Origin: Vicinamibacteria bacterium
GTDB lineage: Bacteria > Acidobacteriota > Vicinamibacteria > Marinacidobacterales > Marinacidobacteraceae
DNA length: 64,000 bases
Reading direction: 5' to 3'
Assembly: GCA_964291235.2 (NCBI GenBank)
Contig: OZ219816.1
Location: 448,001-512,000, forward strand
Shown here: one piece after another, positions 1 through 7,886 of the stretch
Numbering within the stretch: the first letter of the stretch is position 1
How the letters are laid out: the number at the start of each line of letters is the position of its first letter
Made by a program: the position numbers and the translations under genes
Notes under the pieces: generated by a model
Databases searched by the model: none
What the model was told of the DNA's origin: nothing
The model's input: only the letters and a program-made list of their open reading frames with translations

Positions 1-417
1 CAGCCGTCGTTCACCGTGGGGCTCGGCGCCTACGCCGAGGAGGCGCTCGCCGAAGGACGCGAGGAGACCCAGAACCCGACCCGCTCGCTGCTCAACGCCG
101 GAGTCCGGGTGTCCCACGGCTCCGATTCGGCGCCCTACGGACCCCTGATCACGATCTGGACGGCGGTCACCCGGCGGGGCTTCGACGGGGAGGTGCACGG
201 GCCGGAAGAAGCGGTCAGCATCGAGGAAGCGATCCGCCTCCACACCCGGGAGCCAGCCTTTTTCAGCTTCGAGGAGAACGCGAAGGGCGCCATCGCCGAA
301 GGAATGCTCGCGGACTTCATCGTCCTTTCGGACGACATCCTCACCGTCCCGCCCGACACCATCCGGGATCTGCGCGTGGAGCGGACCTTCATCGGCGGCC
401 GCGAGATCGGCGAATAG
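1..417 (+). CDS. Amidohydrolase_3 (YtcJ-like) family protein, C-terminal part (5' end outside window)
   Basis: Frame open from base 1; motifs HGSDSAP, 'EEAIRLHTREPAF..FEE..KGAIAEGMLADFIVLSDD' and 'V.RTFIGG' are typical of the YtcJ-like amidohydrolase C-terminus. Confidence 0.85.
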   Translation, partial: QPSFTVGLGAYAEEALAEGREETQNPTRSLLNAGVRVSHGSDSAPYGPLITIWTAVTRRGFDGEVHGPEEAVSIEEAIRLHTREPAFFSFEENAKGAIAEGMLADFIVLSDDILTVPPDTIRDLRVERTFIGGREIGE

Positions 418-423
418 GCCGGA

Positions 424-654
424 GCGGTTTCCGGACGGGGCTCTCCTCCGAACGGCGCTCGGGATCCTGTCCTTCGATGGGGTTTGAGCCCCGTCCGGAA
501 ACCGCCCGGCGCTACGCGCCGCGAACCGCAACTCCCTTGCGCGCCTACGGCGCACTGCGGCGAGTTCCGATTCGTCGTTACTTTCTTGTGAACGGGGGGA
601 TACCCCCCTTTCACACTTTCCCCCCGGTCACGCGGGCGACGAACCTACGGTTCG
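424..654. repeat. Palindrome-rich intergenic element (20-bp perfect inverted repeat plus several small hairpins)
   Basis: GCGGTTTCCGGACGGGGCTC (424-443) / GAGCCCCGTCCGGAAACCGC (486-505); hairpins at 507-521, 541-553, about 588-614 (GGGGGG-ATA-CCCCCC core) and 640-654. Confidence 0.75.
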
Positions 655-715
655 CCGCCATTGGTTTCGCGCTCGTGGTCATTCACCATCGTCCCGGCAG
701 GGACGGCGCCACGCC

Positions 716-768
716 CAGGAGCACCGGCGAGGAGCGTCGGCCAGGAGCGCCGGCCAGGAGCGCCGGCC
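716..768 (+). repeat. Imperfect 13-bp tandem repeat (CCAGGAGCGCCGG x about 4)
   Basis: ccaggagcaccgg-cgaggagcgtcgg-ccaggagcgccgg-ccaggagcgccgg, running into the REP left arm. Confidence 0.7.
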
Positions 769-941
769 TCCGGCCGGCATCGCGGCCGCAGGCCGCGAAA
801 CTCCCGTAGTTCATCAGCCGCACAGCACCCAGCTAAACGGGGACCACGTAACGCCCGTGTGCCGACGCGCCGTGCGGCCGAGCACCGATACGCGTTTCGC
901 TCCCTTGCAGGGAGCGATGCCGGCCGGAGGCCGGCGCTCCT
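756..941. repeat. REP doublet (REPIN-like) with 28-bp perfect inverted arms
   Basis: AGGAGCGCCGGCCTCCGGCCGGCATCGC (756-783) and its exact reverse complement (914-941); the right arm overlaps the stop codon of the PPOX-class gene. Confidence 0.85.
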
Positions 942-1341
942 AGAGCGTCATTACCGTTTCGGGCTGGATGTAGTAGACGACCCGGACTTCGCCGGGGCGG
1001 CGCCACTCGTAGCGTTCGGAGCCGATGTACTTCTGCGCTAGGCGATCGATCCCCGCTTCGGCGCCGTCCTCGGTGATCTTCACCACCCGGCCGCGGACCA
1101 TCAGTGCCCTGAAGGGATCTTCCGGGTGGGTCGCGGAGACCGCCACGCGGGCATCACGCCGGATGTTCTTGTCCTTGACTCGGCCGGCCGCCGAATTCAC
1201 GACGATGAGATCGCCGTCGGTCTCCACCCAGACCGGGGAGACCTGGGGGCTGCCGTCGGCCATCAGAGTAGCCAGGTGGGCGTAGCACCGGGTTCCGAGG
1301 AAATCCCGGACATCGGCGGAAAGGGTGTTCGTCTTGGGCAT
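940..1341 (-). CDS. PPOX-class (pyridoxamine 5'-phosphate oxidase-like, putative F420-dependent) oxidoreductase
   Basis: 133 aa; LATLMADGSPQVSPVW, 'GRVKDKNIRRDARVAVS' and 'IDRLAQKY' motifs. Confidence 0.85.
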   Translation of the reverse strand: MPKTNTLSADVRDFLGTRCYAHLATLMADGSPQVSPVWVETDGDLIVVNSAAGRVKDKNIRRDARVAVSATHPEDPFRALMVRGRVVKITEDGAEAGIDRLAQKYIGSERYEWRRPGEVRVVYYIQPETVMTL

Positions 1342-1360
1342 TCGTCCGTCCTGCGCCGGG

Positions 1361-2440
1361 TCAGTTCGACGCGTCGATTTCGCGCTCTACTTCGGCCGTC
1401 AACTGCTCGAACGAGACCGCGCCACCGATGTACCTGCCGTTCACGAACACGGCGGGAGTCCCCGTTTGTCCGAGCGCCAGGGCGGCGTCCAGATCCGTCT
1501 GCACGCGATCGTAGCTACTGCCGGAGTTGAGGCACTGCGCGAAGGCCTCCGTGTCCAGGCCGACCAGCCGGGCGTGCTGTTCCAGGCCATCGAGAGAGAT
1601 GTTGTCGTCTGCCCACAGGGCGTCGTGGTATTCCCAGAATTTGCCCTGGTCTTCGGCGCAGACGGACGCTTCATGGGCCTTTTGGGCCATCGGATGCATG
1701 CTGCGCAACGGGAAATGGCGGAACACCAGCCGGACCTGGCTGGCCATGGCCTCGTCCTCTCGCAGCCGATTGATCGACGCGTCGAAACGCCGGCAGAAAG
1801 GACACTCGAAGCAGGAAAAAACCACGAGCTCCACGGGTGCGCTGTCCGGGCCGAGCGTGGCGTGACCTTCGGTTTCGATGGCAACCCGGTAGGCGGGCAC
1901 CCTCAGATCCCATTCGGCCTCGCTCAGGAACCGGTTGCCGGTGGCCTCGATCTTCTGCGCCATCTTCTGGTTGGCGATCTGCCGGCGAAGCTGGGTTCCG
2001 ATCTCGTCGAGGGTACGGCCGCCGAACTGCCCGCGATTCTGGTCGTAGATGTACTGGAGTTCCTGGTCGCTGACCTCGGGGATGCCGACCTCGTTCGTGT
2101 AGTACTGGTTCAGGGTCATGCCCTTTTCCGCGGCGGCGGCCAGGAGCAGTTGCTCGCGCGCGGACCGCACCGCGCCCTCCTCGAGGAGACCGTGGGTCTT
2201 CGTGTAGTAGTCGGTGCGGAGCTGTGCGAGCTGGGCTATATCCCGGTCCGTCAGATCGTCGAGCGTGATCTCCTCGCCGTTCAGAACCCCCAGCACCTCC
2301 GAGTCCACACTGTCGGGGAGTAGCGACCCGGAGCCGGAAGCCTGACCCCCGGAGCCGACGGCGGCGCCGCCGCAACCAGCGAACGCCAACAGGCAGGCGA
2401 TGGCCGCAAACGGCGCGGCCGACCGAAGGAACATACGCAT
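1361..2440 (-). CDS. DsbA-family thioredoxin-domain lipoprotein
   Basis: Lipobox-like LLAFAGC; CPFC active site, 'FRHFPL..HP.A.KA.EAS.CA..QGKFWEYHDAL', cis-Pro GTP.VFVNG; start placed at ATG 2440. Confidence 0.85.
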   Translation of the reverse strand: MRMFLRSAAPFAAIACLLAFAGCGGAAVGSGGQASGSGSLLPDSVDSEVLGVLNGEEITLDDLTDRDIAQLAQLRTDYYTKTHGLLEEGAVRSAREQLLLAAAAEKGMTLNQYYTNEVGIPEVSDQELQYIYDQNRGQFGGRTLDEIGTQLRRQIANQKMAQKIEATGNRFLSEAEWDLRVPAYRVAIETEGHATLGPDSAPVELVVFSCFECPFCRRFDASINRLREDEAMASQVRLVFRHFPLRSMHPMAQKAHEASVCAEDQGKFWEYHDALWADDNISLDGLEQHARLVGLDTEAFAQCLNSGSSYDRVQTDLDAALALGQTGTPAVFVNGRYIGGAVSFEQLTAEVEREIDASN

Positions 2441-2508
2441 GAGAAACACCTCGTTCTCGAGCGAATGCGGTCTGCCCGCACACACCGGTCAGAACCGGGG
2501 AGCCGCCG

Positions 2509-2991
2509 CTATTCGCGAGAATCGGGAAGGATACCCCGCCGAGAAGACTGAGAAGGACTTTCGACGAGCAGGGTGTAAGGCCCGTCGTTCAACAGGGATA
2601 CCTGCATCATCGCCCCGAAGCGGCCCGTGCCCACCGGAACTCCGGCGTCCCGGAGCCGGGAGCAGAACTCTTCGTAGAGCGCTTCGGCCTCCTCCCCCGG
2701 CGCGGCGCGGGTGAAGGAGGGGCGCCTCCCCTTGCGGCAGTTCCCGAGCAGGGTGAACTGGGACACCGCGAGCACCTCGCCGCCGATTTCGAGGACGCTG
2801 CGCTCCGGTTGTCCCTCGGGAGCCCGGAACATCCGGAGCCCGGCGATCTTCTTCGCGAGCCAGGCGGCATCGCCGGCCGTGTCGTTCACGGACACTCCCA
2901 ACAGGACCAGCAGCCCCTCTCCGATTTCGGACACCGGCTCACCGTCCACCGAGACTGAAGCGCGGGAGACCCGTTGGACGACGGCGATCAT
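2509..2991 (-). CDS. dtd: D-aminoacyl-tRNA deacylase
   Basis: MIAVVQRVSRASV, SQFTL, KGRRPSF, G.FGAMM.VSL.NDGP motifs. Confidence 0.97.
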   Translation of the reverse strand: MIAVVQRVSRASVSVDGEPVSEIGEGLLVLLGVSVNDTAGDAAWLAKKIAGLRMFRAPEGQPERSVLEIGGEVLAVSQFTLLGNCRKGRRPSFTRAAPGEEAEALYEEFCSRLRDAGVPVGTGRFGAMMQVSLLNDGPYTLLVESPSQSSRRGILPDSRE

Positions 2992-3180
2992 TTTTCAGGC
3001 GGGAAAGCATCTCACCCCCCTCGTGGCAAGGGCAGGGGTGACGCACCACCGGCGGCTCGCACTTCAAGCCGACTTTTCCACAATCCCCCCGCACGCGGGA
3101 TGGATCGGCGCCGTTTTTCGTCCTTGCCAGTAAAGGCAGACGCCCCCCGCGCCCGCCGCATCGCCTGAAGGATTTCCAGA

Positions 3181-3681
3181 GTGCCCCAATCCGAACCGCA
3201 GACACCCACTGCCCAAGCGTCCCCGAAGTCGCACCCGCCAGCGGGAACTCCGTCCCCCGAACCGGCCGCCGAGGAGTTCCTGTTCCGCACTCTGGTGGAC
3301 GCCGGATGCGATCCGGTGGTCGCCTATACTGCGGACCGGCGAGCACGGAGAATGTTCTCGGAAGTCGCGACGGCAGAGATCCAGCCAATCCTCGCGGAGC
3401 TACGCCAGCTGCGCGCGACCATGGTCAACAGGGAGGATCTGGCCGGCTTCGCCACCAAGGCGGATCTCGCCGGCTTCGCCACCAAGGCGGATCTCGCCGG
3501 CTTCGCCACCAAGGCGGATCTCGCCGGCTTCGCGACCAAGGCGGATCTCGCCAACTGCGCCACCAAGGCGGACCTGGACCGGTTGCGGGCGGAAATGGTC
3601 AAGTGGGTGTTCGGAGCGCTGATGGCACAGACTGCAGTTCTCGTGGCGCTGCTCTTTGCGCTGGTCAGGTCGCTGACCTAG
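3181..3681 (+). CDS. DUF1640/CCDC90-like membrane-anchored coiled-coil protein with FATKADLAG nonad repeats
   Basis: Head 'LFRTLVDAG', five ATKADL repeats, then KW plus a C-terminal hydrophobic helix; start uncertain (GTG 3181 or ATG 3352). Confidence 0.75.
   Translation: MPQSEPQTPTAQASPKSHPPAGTPSPEPAAEEFLFRTLVDAGCDPVVAYTADRRARRMFSEVATAEIQPILAELRQLRATMVNREDLAGFATKADLAGFATKADLAGFATKADLAGFATKADLANCATKADLDRLRAEMVKWVFGALMAQTAVLVALLFALVRSLT
3436..3576 (+). repeat. 27-bp coding tandem repeat x5 plus a partial copy
   Basis: GATCTSGCCGGCTTCGCCACCAAGGCG units start at 3436, 3463, 3490, 3517 and 3544 (the last more diverged). Confidence 0.95.
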
Positions 3682-4074
3682 CCCGGATTTCTCATACTCA
3701 CGGCCCAAGGTGCCGCGCGGATCACGCCAACCTGTTGATGATGTCGGGAGGAACGGGCCAGGCGCGGACCCCAACCGCACGGACAGCGTGTAGGCACGGG
3801 AGCCCCCACCGGGAGAACTGGGCCGACCTCCAGGTCGGCACAGCGGCGCGGAGCGCCGCGGGCAGTTCCTCGCCGCTCGCGCTCACGGGGTCCCTCCGAG
3901 AGAGCGAGCCCATCCCGGCCCAGCCAAGTCCGCCCCGCCGCCCGCCTACGGCGGGCTGTGCCGGCCTGGAGGCCGGCGTTCCCGTGCCTGTCCGACATCA
4001 AGGCTGGTGGGGTTCCCGCCGAGAGGGGAACCATCCTGCATCGAGCTCTGCGGCGGAGGTATGAGAAATCCCGG
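3682..4074. mobile_element. MITE-like non-autonomous element (393 bp) with 16-bp TIRs and CTAG flanking direct repeats
   Basis: CTAG(3678-3681)|CCCGGATTTCTCATAC ... GTATGAGAAATCCCGG|CTAG(4075-4078); one TIR mismatch; no credible ORF. Confidence 0.8.
3792..3989. repeat. REP doublet nested inside the MITE
   Basis: GCCGACCTCCAGGTCGGCACAGC (3822-3844) vs GCTGTGCCGGCCTGGAGGCCGGC (3955-3977); outer arms AGGCACGGGA / TCCCGTGCCT. Confidence 0.75.
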
Positions 4075-4173
4075 CTAGCTAGCAGCCCTGTTCGCGGCCG
4101 GCGAGCCGCCGACCGATCGAACGACCGGCGTCGATTCTCGTCGATTGCTGCCCGGTGAAGACCGGTACGCGGG

Positions 4174-5919
4174 CTATCCCGGGATCCCGCGCGGCGGGCC
4201 GCCGGCCGCCCCCGGCGCGATTCCGTAGGCCCGGAGCAGATCCGAAACGGTCACCACCGCCTCGAGCTGGTGGATGTCCACCCGGCTCACCACGGGGAGA
4301 GTGTCCATCCGGATGCGGCCCATGGTGGCCAGCACGTGGTCGATCGGCTGGTCGGCGTGCGCATGCGGGAAGCTCCGGCCCCGCACCAGGTCGCCGAGGC
4401 GCTCCTGATCCTGTCCCCAGGCATGGAACCGCTCCAACTCGGCGAGCGTGATCAGTCCGAAGATCCGGTTGCCCTCGGCCACCGGCCAGGCGCGCTTGCC
4501 GCTGAGCGCCACCAGCTCGATCGCGTCTTCCACGGTGAGATCCGGCGGGAGGAGTTCGCGCGGCGGGCGCATTGCCGCCCGCACCACGGGATGGGGTTCT
4601 TCGTCCTCGGTGGAGGGAAGCTGGATCCCGTCCTGCGCCGCGAGGGCCTCGTAAACGGAGACCCGCTGGAGCCGCCGGGAGACGAAGAACGAGGTCAGGT
4701 TGGCGATCATCATCGGCACGATGACGGCGTAACTCTGGGTGATCTCGAAGATCATGAAGACCGACGCCATCGGCACCCGGAGGATTCCGGCGAAGGCCGC
4801 TCCCATCCCCACCAGCGCGTAGGGGCCAGGCCCGGATGCGAAGTCGAACCAGATGTCGGCAACGCTGCCCACCACCCCGCCCAGCATGGCGCCGAGAAAG
4901 ATGCTGGGGCCGAAGATCCCTCCGGCGTTCCCGGACGCATAGGCGATGACCACCAGGAAGAGGTGGAGGGCAAGCAGAACCGCCATCCTCCCGATGGGCA
5001 ACTCGCCGGCGAGCGCCTCGCCGACGGGGCCGTACCCGACCTCGAAGAATCCGGGAAGCAACAGCCAGACCGCCGCCACCGCCACCCCGCCGAGCGCCGG
5101 CTGGAACCAGCGGCTCGCCGCCGGCAGCCGGCGCATTTGAGCCCGCAGCCAGAGCAGGGAGCGCACGAACCCGACCGACATCAGCCCCGCCAGCACGCCG
5201 AGCACGGCGTAGATGAGGAGTTCCGCCGAATGGTCGAGCTCATAGGCGGGCACCGAGAAGAGCGGCTCGTCGCCGAGGGACAGGCGGAGGACCAGCCAGC
5301 TCGCTACCGCGCTGAGGACGACCGACCCGAGCACCCGGGCATGCAGGTTCCCCACGATCTCCTCGAGAGAGAACAGGATCGCGGCAATCGGGGTGTTGAA
5401 GGCGGCCGCGATCGCCGCTGCGGTCCCGACGGGAACCAGTTGTCGTCGCTGCTCCGCATCCAGCCCGAGGGTCTTGCCCACCGAGGAGGCGATCCCGGCG
5501 CCGATCTGGGCCGACGGTCCCTCACGCCCCAGCGGAATGCCACTTCCCAGGGTGAGCACCCCGCACAGGTATTTTCCGACCGCCACCCGGAAGGGGATTC
5601 GCCCGTCCTTCGCGACCAGCGCCGCCTTCGTCTGCGGAATGCCGCTGCCCCGTGCTTCGTCGAACCAGCGGTGCAACATAAAGCCGGCGACCAGGGCCCC
5701 AAGCACCGGAGCGGCGAAGCGGATCGCTCCGAGCGCCTCGCCGTGAACCACGATGTCCGTCAACCATTCGGTCACCACGATGAACGACACGATGACTCCG
5801 CCCACCAGGGCTCCGATCCCGAGGTTGAGCCCCGTGAAGAAGCCGGGACTGTGAAGGAAATCGCGGGAAGACAGAGTCTCCACGACCCAGGAGACGACGC
5901 GGGGCCGGATCCGGCTCAC
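4174..5919 (-). CDS. ClC-family H+/Cl- antiporter or chloride channel with C-terminal CBS domains
   Basis: GSGIP, GREGP, AAFNTP and GGIFGP signature motifs; CBS pair at the C-terminus. Confidence 0.93.
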   Translation of the reverse strand: MSRIRPRVVSWVVETLSSRDFLHSPGFFTGLNLGIGALVGGVIVSFIVVTEWLTDIVVHGEALGAIRFAAPVLGALVAGFMLHRWFDEARGSGIPQTKAALVAKDGRIPFRVAVGKYLCGVLTLGSGIPLGREGPSAQIGAGIASSVGKTLGLDAEQRRQLVPVGTAAAIAAAFNTPIAAILFSLEEIVGNLHARVLGSVVLSAVASWLVLRLSLGDEPLFSVPAYELDHSAELLIYAVLGVLAGLMSVGFVRSLLWLRAQMRRLPAASRWFQPALGGVAVAAVWLLLPGFFEVGYGPVGEALAGELPIGRMAVLLALHLFLVVIAYASGNAGGIFGPSIFLGAMLGGVVGSVADIWFDFASGPGPYALVGMGAAFAGILRVPMASVFMIFEITQSYAVIVPMMIANLTSFFVSRRLQRVSVYEALAAQDGIQLPSTEDEEPHPVVRAAMRPPRELLPPDLTVEDAIELVALSGKRAWPVAEGNRIFGLITLAELERFHAWGQDQERLGDLVRGRSFPHAHADQPIDHVLATMGRIRMDTLPVVSRVDIHQLEAVVTVSDLLRAYGIAPGAAGGPPRGIPG

Positions 5920-7634
5920 GCGCTTTCTCCCTGCCGGGGCGCACGCCCCGCGCTCCCGAGCGCGAGGCCGACCAGCACGGTGACCGCCGCCCCGATCAGG
6001 TTGTAGTAGAGGTAGGAGATTCCCTCCACCCCGAGCGCCCGGGGAATCAGGTCAGCGGCCCACACCGCGGCCACCCCGGAGAGCACCGCGGGGAAAGCGC
6101 GGCGGGCGCCCCGATTCGGGAACACCGCCGCGAGGACGAACGCCCCGAGGATCGGACCGTAGAAGAAGGACCCCACCCGGTTCACCGCCTCCACCGCGGA
6201 CCCCAGTCGCCCCATGTAGAGCGCGGCCCCGGTGGCGACCGTTCCCCAGAAGAGGATCCCGATGCGGCCGGCAATCAGGTCGTGCCGGTCCGAAGTGGGA
6301 CCGCGCGCCCATCGGTTTCGGAAACGGCGGTAGAAGTCCACCACGCTCGCCGTGGAAAGCGCCGAGAGTTCCGACTCCACCGTGGACATCGCCGCGGCGA
6401 GCACCGCAATGAGGATCAGGCCGACGATTCCCGGCGGCAACTGGGTGAACACGAAGGTCGGGAAGACGTGGTTCGTATCGCTCCACGGCTCGCCCTTGAC
6501 TTCGGACGCGGCGCGGACCGCATCGGCGCGGCTTTCCTGAAAGGCGCGATCGGCGGCGAGGTAACGGGCCTGGAGTTCGGCCTGGGTCGAGCTGTCGCCG
6601 GCATCCGCAAAGTCGAGCGCCGCCGTCCGGCGCTCCGCGAAGGCGATCTCGTAGCGCTCTTCCATCGCCTGCATCTCCTCGGGCTGCGCGGCGCGCGTCT
6701 CGGCGAGAGTCACCGGGTCGAAGAGCACGGGAGGCTTTTCGAACTGGTAGAAGACGAAGAGCAGCGCCCCGGTGAGCAGGATCACGAACTGCACCGGCAG
6801 CTTGGCGAACGCGTTGAAGATCAGCGAGAGACGGCTCTCGCGGAGCGAGCGGCCGGTCAGGTAGCGCTGCACCTGGCTCTGGTCGCAGCCGAAGTAGGAG
6901 AGCATCAGGAAGAGCCCCCCGAGGAGTCCCGTCCAGACGGTGTAGGTCTGCCGCGGATCGGTATCGAACGACAGCGTTTCCAGGCGGCCGGTCGAGCCGG
7001 CGAGGCGGAGCGCTTCCCCGAGGCTCACCTCGTCGGGCAGCCCCCAGACCACCGAGCCGAGGCAGAAGAGGATGCCGAGCAGGATGATCAGCATCTGCCA
7101 GGTCTCGACCCACATCACCGCCCGCATGCCGCCGAGCGCGGTGTAGATCGTGGCGAAACCGCCGATCAGCAGAATGGTGAGCGTCTCGTCGAGGGAAAAG
7201 ACCACCGAGAGGACCACCGACGGGGCATAGATCACCACGGCTCCGGAGAGCGCCCGCCCGACGAGGAAGAGCAGGCTGGTCAGCGTCCGGGTGTGCGGGC
7301 CGCAGCGCTGTTCGAGGTACTCGTAGGCGGTGAAGACCCGGGCCCGATAGAAGAGCGGCACCAGGGTGACGCACAGGATCACCATGGCGATGGGCAGGGC
7401 GAAGTAGATCTGAATGAACCGCATCCCGTCCACGTAGGCCTGCCCGGTGGTGCCGACCAGCGTGATGGCGCTCGCCTGGGTCGCCATCACCGATAGGCCC
7501 ATCGCGTACCAGGGCATGGAGCGGCGGGCCAGGAAGTAGTCCTCGAGCCCGCGGTTCCCGCGGCCGGTCCGGTAGCCGACCGCGATGATCAGGCCGAAAT
7601 AGGCCACGACGACGACCCAGTCGAGGAGTTGCAC
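5916..7634 (-). CDS. Sodium:solute symporter (SSS family)
   Basis: YFLARRSMPW, SVMATQASAITL, DQSQVQRYL and AAAMST motifs; many TM helices. Confidence 0.93.
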   Translation of the reverse strand: MQLLDWVVVVAYFGLIIAVGYRTGRGNRGLEDYFLARRSMPWYAMGLSVMATQASAITLVGTTGQAYVDGMRFIQIYFALPIAMVILCVTLVPLFYRARVFTAYEYLEQRCGPHTRTLTSLLFLVGRALSGAVVIYAPSVVLSVVFSLDETLTILLIGGFATIYTALGGMRAVMWVETWQMLIILLGILFCLGSVVWGLPDEVSLGEALRLAGSTGRLETLSFDTDPRQTYTVWTGLLGGLFLMLSYFGCDQSQVQRYLTGRSLRESRLSLIFNAFAKLPVQFVILLTGALLFVFYQFEKPPVLFDPVTLAETRAAQPEEMQAMEERYEIAFAERRTAALDFADAGDSSTQAELQARYLAADRAFQESRADAVRAASEVKGEPWSDTNHVFPTFVFTQLPPGIVGLILIAVLAAAMSTVESELSALSTASVVDFYRRFRNRWARGPTSDRHDLIAGRIGILFWGTVATGAALYMGRLGSAVEAVNRVGSFFYGPILGAFVLAAVFPNRGARRAFPAVLSGVAAVWAADLIPRALGVEGISYLYYNLIGAAVTVLVGLALGSAGRAPRQGESA

Positions 7635-7646
7635 GGAGGCCCTTCG

Positions 7647-7784
7647 TCAGGGGCGGAAAGCCCGCGAGAACAAGGAAAGGAGGAGATACACGGCGACGGC
7701 GGTGATCAGCACCGCCGCGTAGAGCCGCCGCCAGGAGCGGAAGACTCCGCCCGGAGAGGGAGGCTGGTCGGAAGAAGGGTCCAT
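7647..7784 (-). CDS. Small single-TM protein (45 aa), probable SSS symporter partner; missing from the ORF track
   Basis: MDPSSDQPPSPGGVFRSWRRLYAAVLITAVAVYLLLSLFSRAFRP*; GGGAG RBS 5 nt upstream; ends 12 nt before the symporter start. Confidence 0.75.
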   Translation of the reverse strand: MDPSSDQPPSPGGVFRSWRRLYAAVLITAVAVYLLLSLFSRAFRP

Positions 7785-7886
7785 CGGTGCTCCCGGCTAC
7801 ACTCACGAGCCGGGCCGGGCGCGTATCGGCCCGCGCCGGGAGATTCTAGGAGGCGCGCCCTCCTCCTCCTCCAAGGGAGCGCAGTG

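Noticed and set aside
3070-3090. DnaA-box-like TTTTCCACA (TTTTCCACG variants also occur in the repeats)
   Set aside because: Isolated mismatched boxes with no AT-rich unwinding element and no dnaA context; not an origin
3436-3576. 27-bp repeats as a CRISPR array or DGR repeat
   Set aside because: Contiguous in-frame coding repeats with no spacers; no reverse transcriptase nearby
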